Shown: positions 44,701-59,700 of the stretch, piece by piece | Layout of the letters: each line of letters starts with the position of its first letter | Numbering within the stretch: the first letter of the stretch is position 1 | Origin: Mytilus trossulus | Taxonomy: Eukaryota | Assembly (NCBI RefSeq): GCF_036588685.1 | Contig: NC_086379.1 | Span: 31,310,001 to 31,374,000, forward strand | Length of the DNA: 64,000 bases | Direction of reading: 5' to 3' | Position numbers and translations under genes: made by a program | The notes under the pieces: model-generated | The model's input: the letters and a program-made list of their open reading frames with translations, nothing else | Told to the model about the DNA's origin: nothing | The model's database searches: none

Positions 44701-47700
44701 ACCTTGACCTAAACCATTTGGTGGGACTGGTACTAGCATTAATATTTCTCCTGAAAAATATGGTCTCTTGAATAAATCTGCCAACTGCCAAATGAGGGTC
44801 ATCATGGGGAAATCTTCATAATGAATAACGGTCAAAATTCTTGCCAAATGATGTTAACAGCAATTTTTGGTACATGACGATAATATGTACCCTTTTTGGA
44901 AAACAAATCAACTAATTTCAACGAATTGCTTCAAATTGTTTCATAAAATAATGGTAACAATAATTATTTGAGACCTGTGGTGAATCACAGCAAATTTTAA
45001 CCAATTTGAGGTTTAACGGTAGATGAAAATGACCTTTTGATGCCAGACAATAAAGGGCATTCCTTCCCTTCTTAATTGCCTTACATGGACATTTTTATGA
45101 GTGTATCAAAATTAACATCTGGCTTTATATTTGAATTAACACCAGATTTACTGCTTTTTTTTTTAAACAAGTGACTAACTACCTATTAGGCCAGATTTCC
45201 AAATGAAATATGCCTTATAATTCAAAAAGTCACATTGCTGTGAATGAGAACTGAGAAGGCACCTTATACAGGGAACACATATTACTAGAACTATCTCACC
45301 TTGTTGAGGATTATTGGTGGTAGGGTTTAGGGTATATATGACCTCTTTGCCATCAGACATTGACTTAGCCATCAACATGGTGGGTGTTATCCGTAACATA
45401 TCCTTGGCATATACATGTCCCACTTCATTATTGACAATCAGGGGAGACAAGTTCTCCTGAAAGTAAAAACTGACATTAAGACAAGGAAGTACAGCTCCTT
45501 TAACTAACATGCGATTTACTTGGATTTAGTTAATAACAAATATCACATTCAACCATTTTAATTTAAGTGCTTCTAAAGTTATGATCCAATGTCTGAATCT
45601 TTATTTCTATACAAGTGGCTTCACCTAGCGAAGTATCATTCCTTAAATATACTGAAAATTCAGAATTTTTTTTATTCGTAATCCTTGACCCCTGGAAAAC
45701 TGTGAAATCCAATTATTGAAATTGCTTAAATTTTAGGAAGGAAAATCACTACTGATATTATGAATGCAAGGTGCTTATTACTGCAAACCTGATATTGTTG
45801 AAATTTTTCACATAAAAGCATCACAATCATTTCTGAATTCACAGCAGTACTGGAAGCATATATGAAAGTTTATTTAAAATTTGTAAAACTTTCACTTTTT
45901 GTTCACAAAAGCATATCATCTATAGGACTTTCAAATACAAAATATTAAGTTAATTGTTTTCCTTTTATATTTAATGTTTAGTATATCATATGTATTTGTT
46001 GTTTTAACACTGGTTGTACAATATTTAAAAGTGTTTTAAATTTAAATTTTTCTTTAGATTCTAATTTCATGACTTTCTTCAAAACTACTTTATCATGATA
46101 ATATATAAACAACATTAAAGACAACAACACCCATCAATTACCGCATGGTGATTAATTTATTGTGGTCGACATGTTTCGCCAACAAGCGTGGCGTCTTCAG
46201 GACAATATTATACATGAAATCAAACAGTGAAGTACAAATTTTGGGGTTGTAAATTAATAAATTAATCACCATGCGGTAATTGATGGGTGTTGTTGTCTTT
46301 AATGTCGTTTATTTGCTTTTATAGTGAAAGACAACTGTGAATACCGCGTGGTATCCACCCGCTATTACCCAACCGCACGATAACCACTTCAGGTGTTGGT
46401 TCACCATTTTCCAAAACATGATAATATAGTCAGAATATTATAAGTGGTGTTATGAAGCAAATAATACTCAATAAATGTATTTCATATATCTACATTATGA
46501 ACAAAACATGAAAAGTGTGATCTTTAACAGTTATAATTTATCATAAAGAGATCTTATAAATTTCAATTACATATCTTACCTTTTGCCTAATTTCAAAATT
46601 GACAATAAAACTGAGGACATGATATCCATCTGTGACTTGTATGATGCACATGTCTCTGGCTGCCGTCACTAATGGATTTAACTGGTACCCTATAGAACTG
46701 GTATGTAGTTCCTCTACTGAGAAAGAGCTTACAGGTGACTGTGTCCCTCGATCAATAAATTTCCCATGCAGAGGACCTGAAACAAAAATTTCATTTTAAA
46801 CTTAGACATCTTAAAACAGAACTTTTCACTTTGTGTAAATTTTCTTATTTGCTTTAGGGATGTTTTTTTAATTCGTTAAGTTAGCTTACAGACTAACTAT
46901 TGGTACAATAAAATAAACCATTCTTAACTATTTTTATGAACGAATAATATTGGTTGTAATAATATTAGCATGATAACATAAGCGATTGACAGGAAACTGC
47001 ATTAAAGTTGAAAGTCCTATATTTAAAAGTAGCTTTATTGTAGCCTTCAATTTGGAAACTATGATATTTGACTATGCTGTCTTCTAGATTTCTTTACAAT
47101 TTCAGGTTGCTGTTTTATTGAAAAATAATTATCTCCTTTTATTCAAATAAAATTAAATTTCTTATTATCTTAAGTTTCTTACCTTCAATAACATTAACCA
47201 ATGTTTTCACAGGATCCAAAGTTTTCAGTTCTAAAATTTGATTATCAAATGGGGTTATCTCCCCTACAGTAGCCAGCACATGTTCATTTCTGACAAGCTG
47301 AGGAGGGTGGTCATTGATAACTTGTATATGTAGAACTCTCTCTGTACTGTATAACTGTCTGTCAAATGCTTTAAATGATATCCTTCCTGTAAACATAAGA
47401 TTTTTTTTAAAATGAAAATCATTATAAAAAAACAAAACTGCAATACTTTATAATCTCTTTCAAATTAATAATATGTGTATGCTTCTTGAGTTGTTGATAG
47501 ATTAAACATCTATGAATATATTTTCAGTAGCAGCAAATTTTTTTTATGTGAATGTTTGTACAAAGCAGGTTTTAAAAAAAGTCTTCCAACAAACATCTAG
47601 TTGTAAACCAATTCAACTTTCATTAGGTACCAATTTCCATGCATCATTGAAACAAAAGTTTTGCCCAGGTAAATGGTAAAGCATTCTGTTCGCACGATAC

Positions 47701-50700
47701 CATTTTTGATTTCAATTAATCAAACACCATCTAATTTCATTGTTCACACAGTGCAAATTTTGCAAAAACAATATAACAGGTAAAAATTTGTATGGAAAAT
47801 TGTACTGTGTAAATAGATATAGGAAGATGTGGTGTGAGTGCCAATGAGACAACTCTCCATCCAAAAACAATTTAAAAAGTAAACCATTATAGGTCAAAGT
47901 ACGAAACCCACTTTTGCTCCAATCGCTTTTTTTTTATTATTCCCTGTAAAAAAAATCTGTTGCAAATTAAAACAAACAGACTTACACTGTCTAAATTATA
48001 TGGTGAAATTATGGTTAGTAGAAAAAGATACTTTAAAGATTTACCAGCAGAAAGAACAGGAGAATTGTGAATAAATCTGACTTTTCCATCTTTTAATTCC
48101 TGTGGAGTAATGGTATCTCCTGCCTCCAATATGACATCCATACCCAAGTTACATTTGACAATATGGTTGCCATTTGTTGGAGGTTCTGCTACAATGATAA
48201 CGAGGCTATCCAAAGGTGTATCTGGGTCATTCAAGTTGAAAATAGAGGCAGGTATTTCAGTGACATCTTTCTCTTCAACTTGTATGTGTCCTGTTAACTG
48301 TATTGTGGGAGGTTGTTCATTTCCTGTAATTACATGGATACAAAGTTTCATTAGGATTTCATCACTTTTTTTATCGGTAGACAACAATCCCATGGGGTTT
48401 TAAATCCAAATGCACATGATCTCCATGGAAAAGAACAACAATGAGTTACAGGAATATTTAAAACAAAACAACAAATCAAAATTTACAACTTTTCCCCATA
48501 AAATTTGCACTGCTTTCTCCTTAAAGGTTAGTATTTTCATGTTTGTTCCTTTTTGATCTATTTGAATACATTAAAATAGTCAAATCTGCTGAATACCCCA
48601 CCAGATAAATTTAAGAATTTCAAATATGTGAGATTCTTCAAATATAATGGTAACCTGTAGATGTTTAAATGTTTAAAATCATATTTCCCACCTAACATCA
48701 TAATAACAGTTCAAAAAAAATTATACCTACTTTCACATCTCCGTGACTTTTTATTTTGATAGTACCCCTTTCCACAGGTTGGGACACACTGTCTGTTTAA
48801 CAAGTAGGTTTGACCATCACACTGAGAACAGTCTGTACTGGACATACACTCCATACAGTGCTCTGGACAATCTACAATACAGAAAATTAAATCTGATAAT
48901 CACACTTACAAAATTATTCCATAATGAGAGGAGACTTGATTATGTGAGTAAACATCTGCTAAAACTCAAAATACAAAAGATGATGATGGTGGATGGCTGT
49001 TCGTACCCCAAAATTAAAATAACGTCACATCAGTCGTTAAATTTCGATTCTTTATGACATTTTTAACCAATCAGGAGGTTATGGTGTACACTTTTGAAAA
49101 TATTACCCAGGATGCATTAGATTCTGAAACTGTGAATTGCCCACCTTTACATTGCCGTCCATCTACATATTGCGTAGGTTTACAATGTCTGACACATATC
49201 CCATCAGATACGATCTGGTTAGGTCCACAGGCATGACAAATACTATTGGATTCACAACGTAGACATCCACTTCCACATACTGAAAAAATGTCAATTAATT
49301 ATAATGCAGCACATGTTATCAAATATAGATTTTGTTCCTATCTTAATGACATAAGATTGTCAACTGAAAATTTGAAATGTTTCAAAATTGATTGGATTTT
49401 TCCACTTAAAATTTAAAAAAAAATTATTTCCAGTACACATATTGAAAAACATAAGTCAATAAATTTAAAACTTGTGAACATGTGGTCTAAGTGGATGAGC
49501 ACTATAAAATTTAAATATGCTACAAATGGTTACACAAAAAACAGACAAATTATATAATTCATGCATAAATTGCCAAATAAAAATGATGGTAAATCAATAT
49601 CATCTACACATGACGACAAACGTATCATACCCTTGTAGACATATTTGGTCTCAGTTATGTAGCATTCACTAGGTGTTACAATGTTATATGCTACAATTAG
49701 CCTTATACATCCAACCAGATATTTACTGGTACTCTTCAAAACTATATCATTTCAAGAAAACCAACCTCTACAAATACCCAGCTCCTTGTATCTTCCAACA
49801 GGACAAGCTCTCATACAGATATCATCAAAAGCCACCATAGATGGGTGAAGACACTGCAAACATACTGATGTAGTTCCATCCCTTGATGTGTGACATTTAC
49901 CACATCCAAATCCACAGTCTGAAGTCAAAATATAAAACATCAGTGTTGCATGTGAGTCATGCTAATCTAACAAACTTTTTATTTTAGAATTTTATAATAT
50001 TTTAAAGTGATATACAGTACTCTGAATTTATGATTTCTTCTTGAAACTTTAAAAAAAAAATCAAATTGTTTTTTTTTGTCCCTAATTTACAAACTGTTGA
50101 ACCATAACCCCCAAAATCAATCTCAACCATCTCTTTGTGGTATTTAACTTTATTGTAAAATTTCAGAGATCCATTCACTTAAACATAAGTTATTGACTGG
50201 AAACCAAATAAAAATCCATGAAAATATAATATTGTTAAATCCAAGAAAACTGGTACCCAAGAAAATCCACAGTAGTCTATAAAACTTACCTTTACAAGTA
50301 CTGTCTTTTGTCAAATATTGGCCATCCAAACATGGCATCTTACATCTCCCTTTCTTACTGAGCTTTGAGCCATCTGCACAGCTTAGACAGTTTGTATCAG
50401 TTGGTCCAGAGCATGATTTACAGCTTGGATGACATTCACTGCAGGCACCATATGATGGAAAGTACTGCTTGGGACATTGAGACAGACACTGACCTCTTTG
50501 TAGGACAAGGCTGTCATAACAACTAGTACAGGACTGACCATCACTAGAGCAGGTCTGACATGTGGCTGGACATTCTAAAAGTATACAGTTATTTATGATA
50601 AATTTTGAATGTGTCCATAGTACAGATGCCCCATTTTCACTATCATTTAAATAATAAGGAACATGTGTATTAAGTTTCAAGTTGATTGGACTTCAACTTC

Positions 50701-53700
50701 ATCAAAAACTACCTTGACCAAAAACTTAAACCTGAAAAGGTACAGACAGACTGATGGATGGACGACGGAATGAACAAAAGAATGCACTGACCAGAAAGCA
50801 TAATGCCCCTCTACTATCATAGATGGGGAATAAAAATTAGAAATGCAAGTAAACCCCCAAAAAGATACCCTCAACCTGTGATTCTCTTACCCTTTTACAT
50901 GTTGGATCATATACGCTTACTACAAGAACATCCTCAGATAATTCTACAACTGAGTTCCATTAGGGGGTATAATGGTCATTAGTGTTAAACTTTTGAAAAG
51001 GACAGTCTTTTGGTATAGTGTGCTTTGTTTTGAGTCTTGATTGCAGTTATTGTATATTTTTTTTACATTTTGCCCTTGTTCTAGTTTTTCAATTCAGTTT
51101 TTTCAACTTCAAGCTGATCAAGAGGAGGCAATGCATGCAATTACAGTTTAAGAGATCTTGCTGCAATTAATTACCTAAACATTCTCCATTCTGTAGGTAG
51201 GAACTAGATGAACAGTGGTCTACACATCTACCAGACTGAAGGACCAGACCATTCTGGGAACAAGCTAGACACTGGTTGTCTTTTGGTCCTAAACACAAAC
51301 TGCAGCTTGTATCACAACCTAAATAATAAAACACAAAATCAAACATCTGTTGATCTCAAAGAACAGTAAAGGAGAGACACTTATCCACATTTATCTGAAC
51401 TTTTAGATAAACCCAATTTTACAAATTTTGGTGGATCTCATTTTGGATATATCTGACATCTAACATCACTTTGAATTCCACAGTAAATGATGTCCTTGAA
51501 AAAACATTAAGTTGTCTTATATTTTGAAGAAAAACAATTTCTAACATGCTTATACTATCTTACATCACATCAAAAGGTTATATCAAGCTGATATTGTGGA
51601 ATATTCTGTGTCACTTATATCTAAAAGGGAAATAACTTTAATAACAAGAGATTGATAACTACCCAGTATCAAGTGCCATCTACCAGTGGATGGGACATTT
51701 ATAGATCCATGTGATTTTTTTATTCATTGAATATATTGCTAATGTTAACATTTAACAAAATTCATTTTACTCCAATAAGAATTAGTTTTACTCCAATAAG
51801 AATAAAGAATACACGCAGTGTATTGCCAAAATCATTCATTTGATATAAATTCAATCAAATCTCAATTAGAAATGTAGCCAGGAAAGCATAATAATTTACT
51901 TCTCACTTTCCTTGATGCATTTTATAATAAACCTAGAGTCATCCTAGTTTAGTACTTGCTGCAACTATAATTGGTATACTTTCCTGAAAGTACCCTCTAT
52001 TAAGCAAAATACATGTTCCCATCTATCCACATAATCCACTACTTACTGTAACAATGTGTGGTCTCCTGGTAGTACCCCATTCCACATCTGGATACACATT
52101 CTCCCTCTCTCCACAATAATCCTGGTTTACAGGTCTGACAATGATATCTTGTTATATCAACACATGTCTTACAACTATCATGACAAGCTGAAAAGAAAAA
52201 GAAGCTAAAAAATTAAGATAACTTTTGCAGTAGAAAACTAATGTGAATATAAATTATTCCCATATTTCAAACTTGGATCTTACCTAAAATGAGCAAAAAT
52301 TTAGAAAATAAAGAATACAGATTACTGTAAACACATTTAGAAAGGACTAAATAAGAAGAGAATTATCAGTAAAAATAAGAAAGTTTTAAGTTTTTAAGCA
52401 CAGATTTAGATAGTGTCTCTTAATATGCTTAGACCCTACCATGGCATTTTTTCTTCCTGTCTGCATAGAGACCATCTTTACATTTCTGTACACATCTTCC
52501 CTCCTGTAGATACAGTCCTGAGATCTTACATTCTGTACAGTGATTAGTGTCTGTCACTTTACAATCCTTACATTCTGTAGCACAGGTCACTGAAACAAAA
52601 TGACAGAGGTGTAAGTCTTTGACTTTTATTTCAATTATATCATAATTCATTATCTTATATAAAAAGTTTTAACAAGTCCCAATAATTTCTTATAGAGCCA
52701 GTCAAAATCACAAACAAGTATGATTTGATCAGCTTGTTCCTTAAAATTTTCCATTGCATCTTTTTGAAAAATACACTTTCCTTTTTTAAAATATCTAACT
52801 AAATTATATTCTCTATATTAATTTCATTTTAATATTTGAAGCAGAATTAAAACTTGATACCCATAACAATAACTTGAATATCCAGTGTATAAATAATTTC
52901 TTACTTTTCTGACATTTGCCACAACATTCTCCAGGTTGTGGTACACCTATACTTCCTTCTGGACAGATGGGGCAGGATTTACTGAAGCACACCATATCTC
53001 CGTGTCCACACTGACATAAGGTACAACTGTCTGGCTGCCAACTATCACCAGTCTTTCAGATACAATATATAAAGTCATAATAAAAAAATTTCAATAGATT
53101 TCTAGCAATTTCAAGGGGGGGGGGGGAGTTATTCACCTTGGTGGTGTACTTGCTTCATTAACTTTACATTCCTTTCTAAAATTTATAGAAAATTGTAATA
53201 TTTTTTTAAATGGCCTTCCAATCTAAGTATCTGAGCACATGTGCAAAGACTGAAAAAAAACTATACTTACATGGAACATTTCTCCTCCAAAATAACATGT
53301 AGGTCTTGGTACACACTCTTTACAGCATTTACCTGGCTGGTGTATCAACATTTCATTCTGAAACATATAAATCATGGGTCAGAAAGTCTTTGTACTAATG
53401 AACTGTACAGTTTGCATGAAATACATTTTCTCAGAGATCAATGTGACCCTGTCTTACCCAGTCAAAAGTATGTAACCAAAATCCTTTACAACTAACAGAT
53501 AACCTTACACATTCATGTTTATGACTGGTTTTGAAAATTTCATTAATATTTTAATAGAGAAGTAGATTTAATTGAATTATTTGACAAACCTCCAGACAGA
53601 TAGCTGGTTCACATACAGCTGTAAAGCACTGAACTTTACCCTGTCTACATGTGCAGAACTCACAGTCAGTTACATTCCATATATCACCATGGTAACGTGC

Positions 53701-56700
53701 TGGACTCTCACTGGTACACGTATCTAAAAGAGCATAAGGAAGATTTAGTAAGGAGGCAGTACAATACCATGACTTGACCTTGAAAATTGGGAAAACAATT
53801 AAATAATTTAGTCCTTAAAAAACTAGTTTAATTTTATGGATATATGATACTATAGTTAAGCAACTTTACTGCGGAAATAAAAATTGTGATGTGCTGATGA
53901 AAAAACTACCTAAGCAGAAAATGAAATATCATCTCTTAAACTCTTCAACAAACTTTATATTTGAAAAAGAGGATACAATGTGCTCCTCTAATGTACATGA
54001 GTCAACAAATCCGGATAAATACACATATATATATCAGAAATTCAGTATTTCCATTGCAGTTAATAGTGCACTTTTACAAGACAATCCTTAAAGATCTACC
54101 AAAATGTTATTGCTCAAAAATCTTGTAAATTAAATGCTCATGAGCATTTCAGGAATATTTTCGACTATCAAATTTAATCATAATTTGGTTAAGTGAAACA
54201 AGTCATAGTCTGTATCTTTTCATGCTGTATTAGAAATATTGATAAGCTAAATTTTACACTTTAATTCAAATAAAACTTAGATTATTTTTTCTTGATATCT
54301 TTTAAATATAATGCATTAATTAGAATTGGTATCTGATTCTTATGAAGGAGAAGTGTTTTTCTCCAGTGATCTTACCTTTAGGAAGAATACATTCTGAGCA
54401 GCATTCACTTTCCCTGGTTATGTTCAATTCTTTCTAAAAAATTCAAAAACAAAGTTCAAAATTGTAGGTTACATAAAGATGATACAACTTTTAAAAACAA
54501 ACCATCTCATATTTGCTTTTATCGGTAATTCGTATATTTTCCCTTTGATCTTACTGCCTAATATTTTCGAGTATCAACGTACTACTTGTATCACTGAAAA
54601 TATTAGGCAATACATTGTGTGACATCATAATTACAGATAAACAGAATAATAGGTAGTTTCATTTTTGATAATGACTATATCATGTATCTTAACTCGCCCT
54701 AACAGGCTCGTCTAGATATTCCACATGATATAGTCAGTATCAAAAACGAAACTACCTATTATTCTATATATCTCAATTTAAACTGACATACAAATAATAG
54801 AAAATTGATCATGATGGACTCCTTTCATATATAAGTTCTATTTTATAATGTTAAGAAGAAAACAACTGACTAGTTGCTATCTCAAATATCTTACGACCCA
54901 CTGGACAACTTTTCATTTACTTGAACAAAACTTCCGAAACTATAAGTGAACTAAAATATGTTTAACAATGATATTTAGACCTCGAGAAAACAAATCAATC
55001 TTCGATTCCTACCATGTTGGACAGTTAGTGATCTTAATCTCAGGGAGTCTAGCTAAACTTTATAACCAACATGTGAACTTATGAATCAACTATTTTCTGG
55101 TTGTGTTGTCAAGGTCAGAGCCAAATAAAACCTGTTCCTTTTTTAAATCTGGCTATATATTTAACTTGATTAAAAATAACATCACCTGAATTTTTTTGTA
55201 TACATCAAAAGTGCAATGTATTTATAGTTGGATTTTTTAATTTACATAAATGTATATGAAAAGGGTGACAACTCTATTATCCTTGTGACATTTTTGTATA
55301 TTTGGTCCATTTTCAACACAATGGCCTTTCAATGTTTTATACTTGATTTCTGGTCTTTATATATATATAAATAGCTTAAAACTTATTCATTGTTGGAGAA
55401 TAAATTATAAATAATATACAGCATTCAAATTTCTGTGTATTATGTAAATTTAAATGTAATAAACTTCTTAGTTTAATTTCAATACATGTACTATAAAAAG
55501 TTTTATTTCTGCTGAATCATTTGAATATCTTTGATAATACATACAACCTGAATTTACCAATGCATCTTTATTTAATAATACATTTGAACCTACACTTCAT
55601 AATATGTCATTCCCATTTGAATGGTTTTACACTATTCATTTTTGGGCCCTTTGTAGCTTGCTGTTCTGTGTGAGCCAAGGCTCAGTGTTGAAGATGGTAC
55701 TTTGATCTATAATGTTGTTGTTTTTTAAAATTGTGACTTGGATGGAGAGTTGTTTCATTGGCACTCATACCACATCTTCTTATATCAATCCAAGCTACAG
55801 TCTCAACTTAATTAAGGTGGAACCAAATCATACATAACCTATGATTACAAATGTTACTTAACGATCGTAACTGATTATTCTTTTGAATTAAAATCGTAAA
55901 GATTATGTTCGTTCCATATTGCAATAATTTTCTATAAAAGTAGTTGATGATTTCATAAGGTTGATGAGTCTGTGCATATCAATTAATGAAAAACTTTATT
56001 CAACTATAATAACAGTGGAGGATCCAGGGGTTGGAGCCCCCTTTTTCAGGATGATCAATGCATTTGAAGAAGGACAGATAGTTGGACCTCGCCTTTTTTT
56101 ATCCTGGTTTTATCCCTGAATAATGTGCTTACCCCTTCACATTCAAAATCTATCATACAGTCTTTCCTACTGCACACAATTTCTCCCTGTATACAGGTAC
56201 ATGTAGTACAACTGTCTCTATCCCAATGGTCACCATTCTGGAAATAAAAAGTATCATCTTTTTATAATTTTTTTACTTGAACATGCATGAAATATTAGTC
56301 ACTGGACATTAAGCAACCAACAATCGATCAATCATATAGTTTTGAAGCCGTCAAAAGTTGATCATAATCTTAATTGCTGTATTGCATAAGTATAGCTTAC
56401 AGAATGCAAATTACATATATTCTTCAAATTTTACAACAAGTTGCATATATATTTAGTTGTGTTTTTTTTGGTAAGTGAAACTTAGAAAGGAAATTTTTTA
56501 CGTCGTCTTTCTAACTTTGAGGAACCCATTTTCTAGCTGAATATGTAAAGCCATTTTTCATTTTTCAAAATACTTTAAAGCAAATCTTGAGTGTCATAAT
56601 ATTATTGTTGTTAATTCAATTTGTATCTGTGTTATTATATATGTAAAAATATTTAATTAAAAGTCATATTTATCATTTTTCTTATTTTTTAAGCTTAGAC

Positions 56701-59700
56701 ATATGTCTACATTTAAATAAATCTGTCATCTATAATTTTAAACTTACATTAGATTTGTAAAATAAGTTTTTAAACACACCCAAGAGCTTTGAATAAAAAC
56801 AAATTTGGTATGAAAATATGCTTATCATATGATCATTTCATGGACAATATAAATTTAAACACCCATAACTATTTAAATATTTATGCAAAAAGAAGCTATA
56901 CAAATTGTTATGAGAGGCATAATTTGTCAACTAATTCACATAAATGTCCTGCATTAAACTATTGCAATTATAAACTTTATTCTAAATATGACTGCACAAG
57001 GAAAGTACTCAGATTACAAAAGGTTGCTGTTTTCAAGCAAAGTCTTTAATTATTTACATTTAAAAAAAAAAACATGATTCAAAAATGTCAATGTTAATTT
57101 TTGCTTTTATCTTACTACGGTGGATTCATTATTATTAGTTGGATACCTATTTTTGTGGATTTAGTGGGTACAGGTATACCATGTAATTAAATAATCAATG
57201 AATAACAAATTCTAAACTGGTTTGAAAAACCATGAAATAAATATCCAAGAACAAGTTAGTTTTCCTTAATCAATGAAAGTTGGTACTCACGAAAATAATT
57301 GAATCCACAGTAATGTAAATTCAAAAATTATTGCATGCATTTATAAACATGATTATTCAAGAAAGAACAATAATGCAAGATCCAGGGAAATCTGCATACA
57401 GCTGAATGTATCAGATATCAGAATGAGAGTTCTTTTTATTGTGATACTCACCCAGTTGCATTATTTGCATTAATAAAAACCTCACAATAATATTTGAATT
57501 AACAGTATATAAAATATGTGAAATCAACACTCCCCCCTTTCTTTAAGGTCGCAATTCATCATGCAATTATTCTTTCATATAAAAAGAGAAGTTAAACTAA
57601 TGTGTAGAAAAAGGAACAAAACCTTTGAAACTAAATACAGAAGTGCAGAGATAATAACTCGTCTATCGTGACAGTTGGACAGACCGTACATATCAATTCT
57701 ACCCCTTTTTCACATATCTACTCATTTAATTACCTGTCACCTATGTGAACCCATTAATCATATTTGTCATTTCTTTACACAAAAACTGTGTTTGATATAC
57801 CAGCATTTTTAGTCAAATATAGAAACTGTATTGTAAACTATAATACCTCTGTACATATTAAATATTAGCATGGCTTATGAATTACAACTTTAGACATTGT
57901 TTTGGGCAAAACTGATAGTAACGGACATGATTTTTGTCTCAGACATAAACATTAGACCAATCATTAATCGTAGTGGTCATAAATCATATAAAATTATTGA
58001 TAAAAATTATCTGATAGTCTTCAAAAATGTTTGGCTCTATAGAATCAATTATTTAAAAGGTCGTAAAAAGCTCGGTCTTTGAAAGAAAATTCAATAAACA
58101 GTTATCTTAATTTGTTTCAGGACAATACCTTGTCCGCCAATTAACTCATTAAATAGAAATGAAATATTTGAATTATTATTAGTCTACATGTAGCAAGGAC
58201 ATTAAAATACCTAAGCAGTTATTTTAGACTTATCAGTTCAGAAAAAAAATATCAGATTTTTACAACGCCTTTCTATCAATTACATTTTTGTACTAGTTTA
58301 ATGCAGTATTTCTAATTGCTTGCTTTCTTAGATAAAAAGTCAGTAAGCAAAAACTTTTCTTTTTTTTAGTTAAAAAAGATAATGTGTTTGGTATAATAAT
58401 TCTGGTGAGCTATGAAATTTTTCACAAGTTTTAGGGTGCATTTTACATTGATTTTAGTTTAATTATACATCTCTTCAATTGTTTATTGTTTATATGAACT
58501 TTTCACTGCTTTATAATTGTTTAAGAGATTCCAAATCATAATAATTTTAAATAAACAATTGTCAAAAATTGTAAGATACTATATACATAACAAAATACAT
58601 TCATACTTATATACCCCACTGGTAAAAAAAGTTGAAACTTTAAACCATTTCTATGTTTGGGCATTAAAACTGATACTATCGTAAAGAATACATCTATTAT
58701 TGTGTCTTGTCTATCTCTTTACTTATTATAACATTTGATCAATACACACAATATAAGCTTGTGACAACTATATCATTAAATTGAACTGTGATATGAATTG
58801 ACGACTGCATGAGAAGGGCAGACAGAATGTCAGCTAGATAAAATCCAAATATTACCCCTTTTATAAAACTGACATGTATTGTACAGTTACGTGTGGTGAC
58901 TTTGGCATACATCTTAATCTAAAACTGGGTTAGTTTGCTCTAGTTTACATCCTTAACATTTATGATAAAAGATAATGTATTAAATTTAATGTTAAATGTG
59001 ATTTTCTTTAGGAAATAGCAATAACTCTACTTAGACACAGCTGATATATGTTCTCTTTGAAAATCACTTTTAAACAAGAATGTGTCCCCAGTACATGAAT
59101 GCCCCACTCGCACTATCCTTTTCCATGTTCAGTGGACCTTGACATTGGGGTAAAAACTCTAATTTGGCATTAAAAATAGAAAGATCATATCATAAGGAAA
59201 ATGTGTACCAAGTTTGCAGTCGATTGGACTTCAACTTCATCAAAAACTACCTTGACCAAAAACTTAAACCTGAAGCGGGACAGACAGACGGACGAATGGA
59301 CGAACAGACGCACAGACCAGAAAAAATAATGCCCCCCTACTATCGTAGGTGGGGCATAAAAATAGAAAATATATTGCCAGTGAGGTGATCATGCTCCAGA
59401 GGAGAAAGAAGAAGAAGAAGAAGGAGGGATTGATTAATTGATTACTTAACATCCAGTGGCAAATATTTCATACTTGTTCAGGACAAGAAGAAATAAACAC
59501 TATGTTCAATCAATAGGTTCTGCAATGTAGGTCAATGGAGATGAAAGCTTAAATAGTTTAACAGTAGCTTAAGAAAGAGGGTAAGCTGGAGTAGGCAGAA
59601 GGTATATCTTACATTAAAGGGAAAATTCACGATTTTTCACTTATGGTTTAAATATGTTCATTATGACATAATATATATATTCACAAAGTTTTATTGCTAT

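Noticed and set aside
10547-49236. Plus-strand ORFs such as 10547-10885, 23888-24124, 24572-24817, 42325-42564 and 48110-48403
   Set aside because: Antisense shadows of FRAS1 exons, with no recognisable domains or splice structure.
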